Below, piece by piece: positions 1-10,704 of a DNA stretch of 62,765 bases; within the stretch, counting starts at the first letter, position 1, and each line of letters starts with the position of its first letter. A model generated the notes under the pieces. That model was not told the origin of the DNA, made no database searches, and saw only the letters and a program-made list of their open reading frames with translations. Origin of the DNA: Phycisphaerae bacterium (lineage in GTDB: Bacteria > Planctomycetota > Phycisphaerae > WQYP01); contig JBMFGW010000006.1 of assembly GCA_049977145.1 (NCBI GenBank), forward strand, positions 1-62,765, read 5' to 3'. The translations under genes were made by a program, and so were the position numbers.

Positions 1-3000
1 AGTGTTTTGGCACCTTGGGCGCGGCCTTTTACTTCGATGAAGCGGAGGTGACCCGTTGGGCCGGTGGAGGATTCGATGTCGTAGCCGATTTTTTCCGCGC
101 TGACATCGCGGGGGGTAAAACCGAGATGGCGCTCGGTTTCCATCACAGCGGCCATGGCGCGGCGTTCGGATTCAGCGGTGTTAAGGGCAAATTGTGGCGG
201 CGTTTGGCCGGCGGCTTTTTGCAGCAGGCCGCCGGGGATAATCATGGCACCGCCAATGATGACCGGCGGCAGTGGCGATAATTTAAGTTCCTGTTGCAAT
301 TCAGCGCGGCGTTTTTGCAGGCGGTTGGTCAGATCGTCGGCGCGCCGGCGGGCTTTATCGGAATTCAACTTGGCGTTGGGCTTTCCGGCCTGCTCCTGTT
401 CATGCAGATCAGCGGCACGGTGGTCCCAGTAATTTATTTCCTTGGTGAGCCGATCCTGCACAGCGGCAAGGGTTTTAGTAACCCATTGTTGCTTGCGTGC
501 CAGAATTTCGGAGAGATGATCCGGGACTAAATGGGTAGCGGCGTATTGGATGGCGCGGGATTCAATGTCGGGCGGGACGCCCGACCCCCTTTTTATGATA
601 CCGCCCGACCTCCCGGTTGGGTTTCCGTTTTCCAAGCGGGCAGGGTCATGCGTTGCTAATTCCCGCAGTGCGTGAAGTTCAGATTCGGTGGCAGGCCGGC
701 AATCAAGATAAGGCGCATAGCCGGCGGCCTGGGCCGTGTCATTGTGATTTAATGAAACAAACTGCATACGGCGGGAGACGATGCGGCGCTTGCCGGCGTG
801 GTCGGTGCCGGCGTCCTGGATCGCGTGTTCGAGCATGACAAGCGTTGAAATCTGATCACCGGGGTCGGTTTCATTGACCAGTACAGTACCGCGTTTAAGC
901 AGGTCGCGGTGGCGCTCAAGAATCAGGTCAATGGTGGCATCGAGCAGTTGATGGCCAGGGCAGACAAAAGCGGCAACGGGCTTGCCGGGGATGGTGATAA
1001 GCTCCTTGTGGAAGGTGATACGTTCATAGCGTGGGAGGACCGGTTCAGAGCGGCCAATCTGGCGGTCACGGTTGCGGATGGCGGCGGGGACGTTTTTTAT
1101 TTCATAGCGATTGGGTTCGCGCTCGTGGATGGTCCCGCCAAGGAACGCGAAGGCTTCACGGAAGAACGAGGCGATGAAATGGGGCTGCAGGCGGCGGGCT
1201 TCGGCACGTTCCATATCCTCGCGGATGCGGCGCACGCGTGAAGCATCCATGGAATCGTGGGCCAGGGCACGTTCTTCAACCAGAGAAATTAAATGTTCAC
1301 GGTTCACAGCGTTGTCGACAGCCTGGAAAAGTCGGGCACGGACTTCGGGCTGATCGCCGTAACGCACAGCTTCAAGCAGAAGCTGGCGCAGTGGCCGGTC
1401 GCCAAATGTAACCTGCCCGAGCACATCGTAGACACGGCCACCAAGGGCCTGGCGGGCTTCATCAAGTTTTTCCAGCAGGCGGTGGAGCACTTCACCTTCA
1501 CGGGTTTCGGAGGCGACGAGATTCCAAAGATGGCAGACTTCGGTCTGGCCAATGCGGTGAATGCGTCCGAAGCGCTGTTCCAAGCGGTTGGGATTCCAGG
1601 GAAGATCATAATTGACCATTAAATGGGCGCGTTGGAGGTTAATGCCTTCGCCGGCGGCGTCGGTGGCGACAAGAATTTCGACCTCTTTATCCTGCGTGAA
1701 GGCCTCCTGAATTTTGCGGCGCTCTTCCCGGCCAACGCCGCCATGAATGGCAACAACCGCCTCGGGGCGTCCCAATACCGCGCGGATGCGTTCAACGAGG
1801 TAATTGAGGGTGTCGCGGTGCTCGGTGAAGATCACGAGCTTGCGGCGGTGGCCCTGGGCGTCGAACATTTCTGAATCGTTTTGCAGCAGGCGCGAAAGCT
1901 CATCCCATTTGCAGTCGGTATTGGACTGGCGGACATGCAGGGCCGCGGCGGCAAGGTTATCGAGAATGGCGATTTCGGTTTTGAGTTCGGCGACGGTGCG
2001 GGCGGCGGTGGCCTGATCCACGAGGTTGTCCTCGATTTGTTCCAGTTCCGCGTCCGGGGCATCTTCAAGATCATCGAGGTCGTCGGGGGAGTATTGCGGT
2101 TCTTCAGTGTTGACGGAAAGGCCGGTGGTTGCGCGGCTAAGCTCTTCTTCGCGCATGCGCTTAAGCAGACGTTCTTTGCGACGTTTGAGGGATTGGTAAA
2201 TAGCTTCGGGCGATGAGGCCAGGCGGCGCTGCAGGATCGTTAGCGCGAAGCCAACGGTGCCCCTGCGGCCATTGTTTTCCAGGGCGTCGGCACGGTTGAA
2301 TTCCTCGCGGACGTAATCGGTGACACGCTGATATAAATCTGATTCCAGAGGGGAGAGCTTGTAGTTTTTGGTGTAGGCGCGACGTTCGGGAAACAGCGGG
2401 GCACCGTTAAATTTGAGCAGTTGCTCCTTGACCATGCGGCGCATAAGGTCGGAGGTATCGGCGGCATGGACGCCATCACGGAATTTGCCTTCAAAACGGT
2501 CGCCGTCGAGCAGGGCCATGAAGAGCTCAAAATCGGCTTCTTTGCCATTGTGCGGCGTGGCGGTAAGAAGGAGAAAATGGCGGGTCAGCCCGGAGAGTAT
2601 CTGGCCGAGTTGGTAGCGTTTGGTGTATTTGACTTCGTTTCCGTAATAACTGGCGCTCATTTTATGGGCTTCATCGCAGACGATGAGGTCCCAATCGGTG
2701 GATTGGAGTTTTTCCTGCACATCAGGATTGCGGCTTAGCTTATCCAGACGACAGATGGCCAGGGGGTTTTCGGAGAACCAGTTGCCGCTGCGCGCGGCGT
2801 TGAGGGCGTCGTTGGTCATGATTTCAAACGCAAGGTGAAAGCGGCGGTCCAATTCATCCTGCCATTGTTCGGCAAGGTTGCCGGGGCAGACGATCAGGCA
2901 GCGTTGCAGATCGCCACGGACCAGCAGCTCTTTTATCAGCAGGCCGGTCATGATGGTTTTTCCGGCACCGGGGTCATCGGCCAGAAGAAAGCGGAGCGGC

Positions 3001-3362
3001 TGGCGCGGCAGCATCTGTTCATACACGGCAGTAAGCTGGTGCGGCAGCGGTTCAACCAGAGAGGTGTGTACCGCCAGCAGCGGATCAAATAGATAGGCCA
3101 GGTGAATACGCCGGGCTTCAGAAACCAGGCGGAACATGGCCCCGTCGCCATCAAAACTCCAAGGCTGGCCCGTGGTGACAATTTCAATGGTTGGCTCGCG
3201 GTCACGGTAGACCAGTTCGCTGCCGAGGGTGCCAGCGGCATCTTTGTAGGTTAATTCAATGGCGACTGTGCCGATCCATTTGACGTTAATAACTGTAACC
3301 AGGCCTTCGGGCAGGATGCCTTTGATGGAGGTTTCCGGAGTGATGTGTTCCAGTTTGGCCAA
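1..3362 (-). CDS. SNF2-family (SF2) helicase with C-terminal DUF3883/PD-(D/E)XK-type nuclease domain; 3'-partial (runs off window start)
   Basis: Hand translation from TTG at 3362 (GGGAG upstream): MAKLEHITPETSIKGILPEG..., Walker A LADDPGAGKT, DEAH, TATPHNG, and at the window edge GYDIES...FIEVKG. The track lists no stop-terminated ORF in this frame, consistent with one open frame. Confidence 0.9.
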   Translation of the reverse strand, partial: MAKLEHITPETSIKGILPEGLVTVINVKWIGTVAIELTYKDAAGTLGSELVYRDREPTIEIVTTGQPWSFDGDGAMFRLVSEARRIHLAYLFDPLLAVHTSLVEPLPHQLTAVYEQMLPRQPLRFLLADDPGAGKTIMTGLLIKELLVRGDLQRCLIVCPGNLAEQWQDELDRRFHLAFEIMTNDALNAARSGNWFSENPLAICRLDKLSRNPDVQEKLQSTDWDLIVCDEAHKMSASYYGNEVKYTKRYQLGQILSGLTRHFLLLTATPHNGKEADFELFMALLDGDRFEGKFRDGVHAADTSDLMRRMVKEQLLKFNGAPLFPERRAYTKNYKLSPLESDLYQRVTDYVREEFNRADALENNGRRGTVGFALTILQRRLASSPEAIYQSLKRRKERLLKRMREEELSRATTGLSVNTEEPQYSPDDLDDLEDAPDAELEQIEDNLVDQATAARTVAELKTEIAILDNLAAAALHVRQSNTDCKWDELSRLLQNDSEMFDAQGHRRKLVIFTEHRDTLNYLVERIRAVLGRPEAVVAIHGGVGREERRKIQEAFTQDKEVEILVATDAAGEGINLQRAHLMVNYDLPWNPNRLEQRFGRIHRIGQTEVCHLWNLVASETREGEVLHRLLEKLDEARQALGGRVYDVLGQVTFGDRPLRQLLLEAVRYGDQPEVRARLFQAVDNAVNREHLISLVEERALAHDSMDASRVRRIREDMERAEARRLQPHFIASFFREAFAFLGGTIHEREPNRYEIKNVPAAIRNRDRQIGRSEPVLPRYERITFHKELITIPGKPVAAFVCPGHQLLDATIDLILERHRDLLKRGTVLVNETDPGDQISTLVMLEHAIQDAGTDHAGKRRIVSRRMQFVSLNHNDTAQAAGYAPYLDCRPATESELHALRELATHDPARLENGNPTGRSGGIIKRGSGVPPDIESRAIQYAATHLVPDHLSEILARKQQWVTKTLAAVQDRLTKEINYWDHRAADLHEQEQAGKPNAKLNSDKARRRADDLTNRLQKRRAELQQELKLSPLPPVIIGGAMIIPGGLLQKAAGQTPPQFALNTAESERRAMAAVMETERHLGFTPRDVSAEKIGYDIESSTGPTGHLRFIEVKGRAQGAKT
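567..614. repeat. REP-like palindrome GTCGGGCG-GGA-CGCCCGAC plus a second half-site, in frame inside the helicase gene
   Basis: 8-bp perfect stem at 567-585; CCGCCCGACCTCCC at 601-614; translates as GNPTGRSGGIIKRGSGVPPD. Confidence 0.6.
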
Positions 3363-3712
3363 GGCGTACTCCCAAATTACTGATAGCGGAGGAAAGGATA
3401 CACGAAAATGGGAAATTTGCCGAACCTGAAGAGGCGGCGCTTTGGGGTGGGCCGTGACAACTTTTCCGGGCAGGGGCGGAAATTTGCTAATGGAGGCCTG
3501 AATACAAGACTGAAGATTGATCTCTCCAGCGTGGCGGCGCCGCAACCAAAATTTCACGCGAAGTCGTAGCGAACGCGGAGATAGTCCGATACTGTTGTAG
3601 CGTCTTCCGAAGCGGATAAGATCGGCTGACACTCCCTCTCGCCAGTTCCCACTGGCCATTGGGCGCTGGTAGCGCCCATGGACCACGAATCCCTGTCACC
3701 GTGGCTGTTTCC

Positions 3713-3843
3713 GTAACCGTTCACGGTCCTTCGGCCTTCCAAACTCGGTATCCGTTCACGGCAATAACGCTCCCTTACGGTCGCGGCTCGGCCTGCCGCC
3801 GCACGTGGTAGGTACACAAAACACATCGTGCGTGAACGGTTAC
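3713..3843. mobile_element. 131-bp MITE, copy 1
   Basis: 13-bp TIR GTAACCGTTCACG / CGTGAACGGTTAC; near-identical copy of equal length at 12288-12418; internal REP-like CGCTCCCTTACGGTCGCGGCTCGG at 3768-3791. Confidence 0.85.
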
Positions 3844-4158
3844 CTCTGATGGTGCGCGTTTTTGAGTATAGCATCGGAACCTCTGAAGCAGGCCGGATAT
3901 TTACCGTCATGTGTTTGAAAGATACGCCATAAATCACCTCTTTATGGTCTTTGTCTTTGAAAACCGAAGCGGAAGACGGCAATGCCGACACCAACAAGAC
4001 AATTTGGAACTGTCACTTGCGCCAATTATTAATATTGGGCAAAAATAGGACTGCACCTTCAAGAGCTAACCATGCACGCGCGGGACTTTTCAGTATTGTT
4101 CAGGCGCTCTATGATCTCCAGAAGTGGCGTGGCCGTGCCGGCGTAAAAATTCCGGCAA

Positions 4159-7100
4159 TTGTCGGCTGGTATTTACGACGGAATAAACTTGAGCGGGATT
4201 GTGACAGCAGCATCAAGAAACAAACAGCCGACGTATCAGGCGAACCCCGCGTGCGGCGGGAAATTTCGCCGCGCTGCCTTGGCCGCTATCTTGGCCACCA
4301 TTGCCGCCGGCCCAGGTATGGCATGGAGCCAAATTCTGGAACAGCCAATTGCGCCCACTATTTATCCGATACTTAAACCCACCGGCTCGATCAGCGTGCC
4401 GCTGCTGGTGGCGGCGGACCACACCACAACGTGGGAGAATAACGGCGGCACCATCCATGTTTTAGCCGCTGGCCATGTGCGCATTGATGTGGGATACCGT
4501 CGGATTGCGGCGGATCATGTGGTGATTTGGCTGCATCCACAGGGGCAGGGACAATCCGGATTTTTTAAGGTGCAGATGTATCTCGCCGGTCATGTCGTTA
4601 TCCGAGAAGGCGCTGAGAACGCGGCGGTAAGCACGGCCAGGGAAATGCTGGTGACAACGCGCATCACTGCGCGGATACGCCTATCCGGCCCGCCGCCGAT
4701 GGCGAAAAATGAAGCGCATAATCCCATCGTGTTGCGGGGAAAAAAACTTATTGAGCAGATGGCGGCAGCACCCCAGGCGCAACCGGCCATACCAACCATT
4801 GAGATATCACCAACTGAGTTAGCGTTACGCAACGGCTGGTTTGCCAGGGGATCGCGCTTGCCGATACCCCCGGCGCCGCACCGGCCCGGAATACCTGCCG
4901 CCATCCACGCCAAGCCGGGCCAGCCTTCCCACCCAGTACTAACGACACCCCTCGTCATGGCGACGGGCAACATCATCACCGAGCAGGTGATCGGAAAGCA
5001 GCGGGTAACGGTGGCCAAAGGGGAATTTTTTCTCTTTCGGAAATTGCCGGGGCATAACGCACTGGAATTACGCGCCAATAACGCGGTAATGTTCAGTCCA
5101 GTCGACACGGGTGGAGCGCCAGAGGCAACCAAAATTAGTACCAATCCGATAACGCAAAAGGTGCTGGCTGTATATCTGGACGGCGATGTAACGATCACCT
5201 ACGGCCATCAGACACTCCATGCTGATCAGGTTTATTATGATTTCACCACCAACCGGGCGATTCTGCTGCATGCGGTATTAAGCTCGGAAATTGTCAAAGC
5301 GAAGTCACCATTGTACATGCGGGCCAAGGAAATTATCCAAGAAGCGCAGGGACAGTTTGAGGCTAAATCGGTAAAATTATCCACCGATGAGTTTTATCAA
5401 CCCCATTATTATATTGGCGCCAGCGCCATGACCGTACAGAGCGTCGCGGCGCCGGGCACCAAACCCAAGACGGCGTATTATGCTTTTACCGCAACGAAGA
5501 CCACCGCCAATTTTTTCGGCGTGCCATTTTTCTATTGGCCCTATATTTCCGGTACGACCCAACAAAGCCCGTCACCGCTAAAGGCGGCCAGCGTTGGCGA
5601 TTCGGATATTTTCGGGGTTACCGTGGATACCGACTGGAATCTGCTGGAACTCATGGGCATCACACCGCCCGGGGGCGTGGAAGCGGATGTGAGTGTTAAT
5701 GAGTATTCCAAACGCGGCCCGGCGGTAGGGCTGAATTCGCGCTATGATGTCGGTGCCATGCGTGGCGTAGTCAACAGTTCGCTGATGTATGACACAGGAA
5801 CGGATCAACTTGGTGCCAACCGCGATAATCTGCCGGTGACGCAGCACACGCGCGGCTATATATTTGCGAGGCATCTACAGCAGTTATCCGAGCAGTGGAG
5901 TGTGGCAGTGGAGGGAAGTTATGTTTCCGACCCGAATTATCTGGAGCAATATTTTCCCTACCAATATGCGACCGCGCCGGAGCAGCAGACTTCCGTTTAT
6001 GTCGAACAACAGCATAACACCGAGGCGTTTACAGCATTGGGCAAATGGAATCTCACCGGCTTTATCACCAATGCCGACCTGGAAAACAATGAATACACCG
6101 TGCAGCGCTATCCGGAAGCACATTACTACCGGGAGGGCGATAAGCTTCTGGGCCTGTTTACTTATTACAGCGATACCAGCGGCGGTATGATCAATGATCA
6201 GTTCAGTGACACCACCTCGGGGGTGCGGGCGCTGCAACTGAACTTTCCGGGTTTGAATCCCAATGAAACTTTTTCCCAATACTATCTGGGTAACGGTTGG
6301 ACGGATCAGCCCGTGGCCCGGGCGGATTCCCGCCAGGAAATTGATTTCCCCATGGCGGTGGGTCCGGTGCAGTTTGCCCCGTTTATCAGCGGACGTTTGA
6401 CCTACTGGGATACCACCTTCCCGGCAGTTGATAATCAGATCGGCGGCGGCACCACACGGGCCTGGGGCACCGTGGGATTTCGTAGTTCCACGACATTCTC
6501 GAAACTTTATCCAGATGTCAAATCCGATTTACTGGATATTGATCAACTGCGGCACATTATTGAACCGCAGATCAGTATGTTCGCCACCGGAGCTAATGTA
6601 CAGCAGGGATACCTGCAGCCGTTTGACCGCAATGTGGAAGGTATTACCGATGCCAGCGGCGCGGAATTTGCGTTACGGCAGATGTTGCAGACCAAGCGCG
6701 GCCGGCCGGGCCAACGGCAGATTGTGAATTGGATAACATTCAATGTGGCGGCGGATGTCTTCTGGAACCATCATCTTTCCGGACCATTTGATCCGAATAA
6801 TCCGCAGTACGCCGGCGCACCTTTTTCCACCAGCGATTTTGGCACGCCGGTAATTGGATATTATGATTGGAGCCGTCCGGAACTAAGTCAGATCGCGGAC
6901 AGCATCAATGCCAATTTTACGTGGCGCATCGGGGCGAATGTGGAGTTTTTGGCGGATGAAAGCTGGAATATTGATGTGCAACAACTGGAGGAGCTGGATT
7001 CGGGGGTGGAAGTAAATCAATCTCCGAATTTGAGTTATTTTCTGGGTAACCGGTACATCCGGGCGGTGGATTCAGACCAATGGACCGCCGCAATTTCATA

Positions 7101-7335
7101 TAAATTGACCAGTAAATATTCGATAGCGGCGGCGGAAAGTTACGACTTTGCTTTAGGACAAAATGTTTTAAGCGAAGTGAGTCTCGTGCGTGAAATACCG
7201 CGGTTTTTTGTCGGCATCACCTTGGCATACAATGCCGATACGGCGTCCAGCGCGGCGATGGTGAGTATATGGCCGGCGGGCTTTCCGCAGGCGGGCATTA
7301 CGCATCAACAGGCGCTGCAGGCGGTTGAACCATAA
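4159..7335 (+). CDS. lptD: LPS-assembly protein LptD/OstA-like outer-membrane protein
   Basis: 1058 aa; signal-like segment, LHADQVYYD and FFGVPFFYWPY motifs, RHIIEP, beta-strand-rich C-terminal half. True start may be slightly downstream. Confidence 0.75.
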   Translation: MSAGIYDGINLSGIVTAASRNKQPTYQANPACGGKFRRAALAAILATIAAGPGMAWSQILEQPIAPTIYPILKPTGSISVPLLVAADHTTTWENNGGTIHVLAAGHVRIDVGYRRIAADHVVIWLHPQGQGQSGFFKVQMYLAGHVVIREGAENAAVSTAREMLVTTRITARIRLSGPPPMAKNEAHNPIVLRGKKLIEQMAAAPQAQPAIPTIEISPTELALRNGWFARGSRLPIPPAPHRPGIPAAIHAKPGQPSHPVLTTPLVMATGNIITEQVIGKQRVTVAKGEFFLFRKLPGHNALELRANNAVMFSPVDTGGAPEATKISTNPITQKVLAVYLDGDVTITYGHQTLHADQVYYDFTTNRAILLHAVLSSEIVKAKSPLYMRAKEIIQEAQGQFEAKSVKLSTDEFYQPHYYIGASAMTVQSVAAPGTKPKTAYYAFTATKTTANFFGVPFFYWPYISGTTQQSPSPLKAASVGDSDIFGVTVDTDWNLLELMGITPPGGVEADVSVNEYSKRGPAVGLNSRYDVGAMRGVVNSSLMYDTGTDQLGANRDNLPVTQHTRGYIFARHLQQLSEQWSVAVEGSYVSDPNYLEQYFPYQYATAPEQQTSVYVEQQHNTEAFTALGKWNLTGFITNADLENNEYTVQRYPEAHYYREGDKLLGLFTYYSDTSGGMINDQFSDTTSGVRALQLNFPGLNPNETFSQYYLGNGWTDQPVARADSRQEIDFPMAVGPVQFAPFISGRLTYWDTTFPAVDNQIGGGTTRAWGTVGFRSSTTFSKLYPDVKSDLLDIDQLRHIIEPQISMFATGANVQQGYLQPFDRNVEGITDASGAEFALRQMLQTKRGRPGQRQIVNWITFNVAADVFWNHHLSGPFDPNNPQYAGAPFSTSDFGTPVIGYYDWSRPELSQIADSINANFTWRIGANVEFLADESWNIDVQQLEELDSGVEVNQSPNLSYFLGNRYIRAVDSDQWTAAISYKLTSKYSIAAAESYDFALGQNVLSEVSLVREIPRFFVGITLAYNADTASSAAMVSIWPAGFPQAGITHQQALQAVEP

Positions 7336-7360
7336 TGCTGTTGGGCCAAGGAGCGCAGGG

Positions 7361-8419
7361 ATGATAAATAGGGTAGGTATTGTTGCGGCCGGCAGTCTTC
7401 TGACTTTGGCGCTAGTCGGACCAGCGACCGCCACTGGCGTAGATAATGGTCTTATGCCGCTACCGACACCGACCTTCGGTCCCAATAATCCAGCCAATGT
7501 GGTCAACTCCGGGAGTTTGCCTTCTTGGGCGGCTTATCACGCCCATCCGGAGGAAATTCACCTGACCACGCAATTTGGCTACTATAATGATTACTGGTTT
7601 CGTTACCATGACGTATCACCCAATCGCCTGAACCTGCAAAATATTACGCTTATCAGTTTAAGTTTAAAAAAATGGGGTAGTGTTTATCTACGCACCTTCA
7701 CTGATTATTCCTATGACATCCGCAATGTCTACATCAACTCTCTGGCACAGGACACGGCGGGAACGCCCGGCGCGGGCGGCAACATCGGTTTTGTTCCATC
7801 CAGCAATTTTACGGAGGCGGATGTCACCATAGGCTATCAATATGACATTATGGATATATTTCGGTTTGATACCGGTTACACCAATTACATTACACCGGTA
7901 AGCCGGTATTTTGTACCTTCGGAAAACCCCATCGGCAATACCGTCATAGGCCATGGCCAGGAGGACAGTCAGGAGGCTTACATACGCTTAAGTCTCAACG
8001 ATGATCGATATTTCGGCCAGTTCGCCTTCCATCCATTTATTATGGTTGGATTCGATTATGATGGCGCGTATTACACCAGTGGCGCCGGTCAATACTTTGA
8101 GTTTGGTCTGGATCCGATTTTTGTGGTGCCGAATACCGGCGGCCTGACCATTTATTCGCCATTAAGCGTTTCCTTTATTCACGATGAAAAACGGCTGGAT
8201 GTCAACCAGCGTAGCTACCGCGACGGCTATCTGGGTACGTTTGTCGGTACCACCATTACCTATCCGCTTAACGGAATTTGTCATATTCCGGAGGATCGCG
8301 GCCACTATGAAATCGGAGCGGTCATCAATAGTATCTTCGCCGGCACGCGTTATGCACAGCCCGCCGGAACGCATAGCGATGCCACTATCCTGGGTTTATT
8401 TATTCGTATGAGTTTTTAA
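7361..8419 (+). CDS. Putative outer-membrane beta-barrel protein
   Basis: Signal peptide, Tyr/Phe-rich alternating strands, C-terminal Phe (LGLFIRMSF); AGGAG upstream of ATG 7361. Confidence 0.65.
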   Translation: MINRVGIVAAGSLLTLALVGPATATGVDNGLMPLPTPTFGPNNPANVVNSGSLPSWAAYHAHPEEIHLTTQFGYYNDYWFRYHDVSPNRLNLQNITLISLSLKKWGSVYLRTFTDYSYDIRNVYINSLAQDTAGTPGAGGNIGFVPSSNFTEADVTIGYQYDIMDIFRFDTGYTNYITPVSRYFVPSENPIGNTVIGHGQEDSQEAYIRLSLNDDRYFGQFAFHPFIMVGFDYDGAYYTSGAGQYFEFGLDPIFVVPNTGGLTIYSPLSVSFIHDEKRLDVNQRSYRDGYLGTFVGTTITYPLNGICHIPEDRGHYEIGAVINSIFAGTRYAQPAGTHSDATILGLFIRMSF

Positions 8420-8474
8420 GGCGCCCGTGGCGAACCGTCCGCGCTTACGATCAATCCGCGCGTAGAATGAAATC

Positions 8475-9947
8475 ATGATTGCACCGTTACAGGTTATTCT
8501 TCTTCTTTTAATCGTGGCGGCTTTTGGCGGCGCGCCGCAACGTCCTGCCATTGCACTATCCCCCGTTATGGTGGTGTTACTGGTGGTGCTGGCGCACGGA
8601 ACCCTGTTGCTTAAAGCGCGACGGCACTTCGCCCGTATGGGCCAGCAATTACAAGCCGGAGCGTTATCATCCGCGGATATCAGCATGGAAATCCAACGCA
8701 TTGTGCGAAGGTTGCTGGCGTTGAACACAGCGCTGCTGGCTGTGGATTTGTGGATTTTCGGCCTTGGCTGGCTGGTAAAATTTCAATGGAATGCCGGACG
8801 CATTCCCGTGTTGTCACCTCTGATTTGGTTAATCGCCCCGGTGCTGACATGGTTGGCCATCTGGTGGTTGGAATATCCGCTCGAACTGACACTCCATGAT
8901 CAGGCCGAACTGTTGTCAGATTTGTCCTCCCATCCCATTCACCCGCCGCCATCGCGTATGCAGTACGTGCATATGCAATTCCGGCACGGATTATCTCTAC
9001 TGATTGTGCTATTGGCATTTGATTTTATAACCGTTGCGATCACGGCTCTAATGAACCATTGGAATCTGGGCAACTGGTCAGTGGTCTTCACCGTGTTGCC
9101 GACGCTGGTGCTGCTGGTCATACTGCCAGCCGTTGTGGTACGTTATTGGCGTACCACCCGTCTGCCTGACGGACCGTTGCGCACACGGTTAGAGGAGTTA
9201 TCCCGCCGTCAAAATGTCGGCTTTGTGGACATACGCGTGTGGAACACCTACTACCGCATTCCCAATGCCGCCATATTGGGGTTGCTGCCTTGGTGCCGTT
9301 ATTTTCTGCTGACGGATTTACTGCTCGAGCGGCTGGAACCGCAACAGGTGGAGGCGGTATTCGCACATGAAGTGGGGCATGGGCATCACCGGCATATATG
9401 GTGGTATCTGTTAACATTTGTGGCCGCTGATCTGCTGGGTACGGGCCTTTCCCTGTGGGCTGGCAATTTCTGGTCATTGGGAGACAACGCCGTCATGCTT
9501 CTGAATTTTTCCATTGTAGCGGTGCTGGTAGTGTTTGCTTTTTCACGTGTCAGCCGATTATGTGAACATCAGGCGGACTGGTTTGCGGTCCGGCACATCG
9601 CCGCCACGCTTGCCAGGCAGGCCTCCGGCGTCACTGCGGATATGGCCGACAATACCGGGTACGATCCTCCGGCCACAAGCGAAGATAGGATGGAAACGCC
9701 CGCGCGGGCCGGTGCAAGGATATTTTCCGAAAGTTTAAGCACGTTGGTAGGCTTGGCCAACCACCCGCGGGATCGTGCCGGATGGATGCACCCAAGTATG
9801 CAAAACCGAATGAATCTACTGACGGCTCTGGCCATATCCCCAAAATTGCAACAGCGGTTCAACCGTCAGATACTGTGGATGCATATTGCCATTCTCCTCG
9901 CCGCCGCCACCGGCATAGCGTTGACTTTTTGGGCGGTACATCAATAA
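8475..9947 (+). CDS. M48 family (Ste24/HtpX-like) membrane zinc metallopeptidase
   Basis: Multiple TM segments, PNA, AVFAHEVGH (HExxH), SRLCEHQAD, HPSMQNR. Confidence 0.9.
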   Translation: MIAPLQVILLLLIVAAFGGAPQRPAIALSPVMVVLLVVLAHGTLLLKARRHFARMGQQLQAGALSSADISMEIQRIVRRLLALNTALLAVDLWIFGLGWLVKFQWNAGRIPVLSPLIWLIAPVLTWLAIWWLEYPLELTLHDQAELLSDLSSHPIHPPPSRMQYVHMQFRHGLSLLIVLLAFDFITVAITALMNHWNLGNWSVVFTVLPTLVLLVILPAVVVRYWRTTRLPDGPLRTRLEELSRRQNVGFVDIRVWNTYYRIPNAAILGLLPWCRYFLLTDLLLERLEPQQVEAVFAHEVGHGHHRHIWWYLLTFVAADLLGTGLSLWAGNFWSLGDNAVMLLNFSIVAVLVVFAFSRVSRLCEHQADWFAVRHIAATLARQASGVTADMADNTGYDPPATSEDRMETPARAGARIFSESLSTLVGLANHPRDRAGWMHPSMQNRMNLLTALAISPKLQQRFNRQILWMHIAILLAAATGIALTFWAVHQ

Positions 9948-10251
9948 TTATAAAAATTACCGCTAAATTTGGCCTTATGCCGTAGCAAGCCTCACTTGTA
10001 ATACCTATATTTCAAGAAAAACAGCAGCTAAATTCTTAGTATCACCATCGGAGTTTTACCTATGATGGATTCAGCGAACTTCTGATATACATAACCCTTG
10101 CAACAGGCGATGATGATAGTCGTGAAATTTAGGAACCGTCCTAAGATGCCTACGAGGGCAGGCGGACGGTTTTGATGATCCATCTTGCCCTCGCATGGCC
10201 GGTATAGGGTAGCAGCTTCCCTTGCTGGCCATGCTTTTTTTGTACACGTTA

Positions 10252-10704
10252 TCAAACTGCTTGCGGCTGAAGTTCAAGTTCCAGTACGCTGCGACGTCCG
10301 GAAAATCCCGCACTGCGGTCATGCCAAAAATTAATGGTTGGCTCCCCAATCTGCCAGCATAGTAAAATATCCCGGTCATTGAAACGCGATGGAAAATCCA
10401 CCAGTCCGCGGGTGGGATCTTTCAACTCCACACCCACGGCGAACAATTCCTCCAGCAGTTTACTGATTTGCGCGGTCATGGAATCAAACTGCGCCTCCAT
10501 CTGGTTGGCTTGTTCCGGCGTAGGTTGTTCATGGCACGATGCGGTCTGATGCACCAGTTTGCGGCGTTGCATCTCAATACACTGAATATCTTCCGCAATC
10601 CGCTTCACCAATACCAATGCGCGCCGCGCCTCAGCCAGCGTAAAATAGCGCGGCGGCGTTGCCCTAAGCGATTCGCCATTTTGTGGTGCTATTGAATGAG
10701 TCAT
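10252..10704 (-). CDS. DUF2203 family protein
   Basis: RYFTLAEA...GVELKDPTRGLVDFP...LCWQIGEPTINFWH...GFSGRR signature. Confidence 0.85.
   Translation of the reverse strand: MTHSIAPQNGESLRATPPRYFTLAEARRALVLVKRIAEDIQCIEMQRRKLVHQTASCHEQPTPEQANQMEAQFDSMTAQISKLLEELFAVGVELKDPTRGLVDFPSRFNDRDILLCWQIGEPTINFWHDRSAGFSGRRSVLELELQPQAV

Noticed and set aside
15-3241. Many short ORFs on both strands in the track
   Set aside because: They are shadows of the single minus-strand helicase frame.
1-3362. Calling the helicase DISARM drmD or rapA
   Set aside because: No DISARM partner genes are visible, and the C-terminal nuclease motif does not fit RapA.
3487-4150. ORFs 3487-3699, 3554-3997, 3951-4376 and a possible ncRNA
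   Set aside because: No recognisable motifs; one ORF reads through the MITE; only an isolated hairpin at ~3657-3682 and no tRNA structure.
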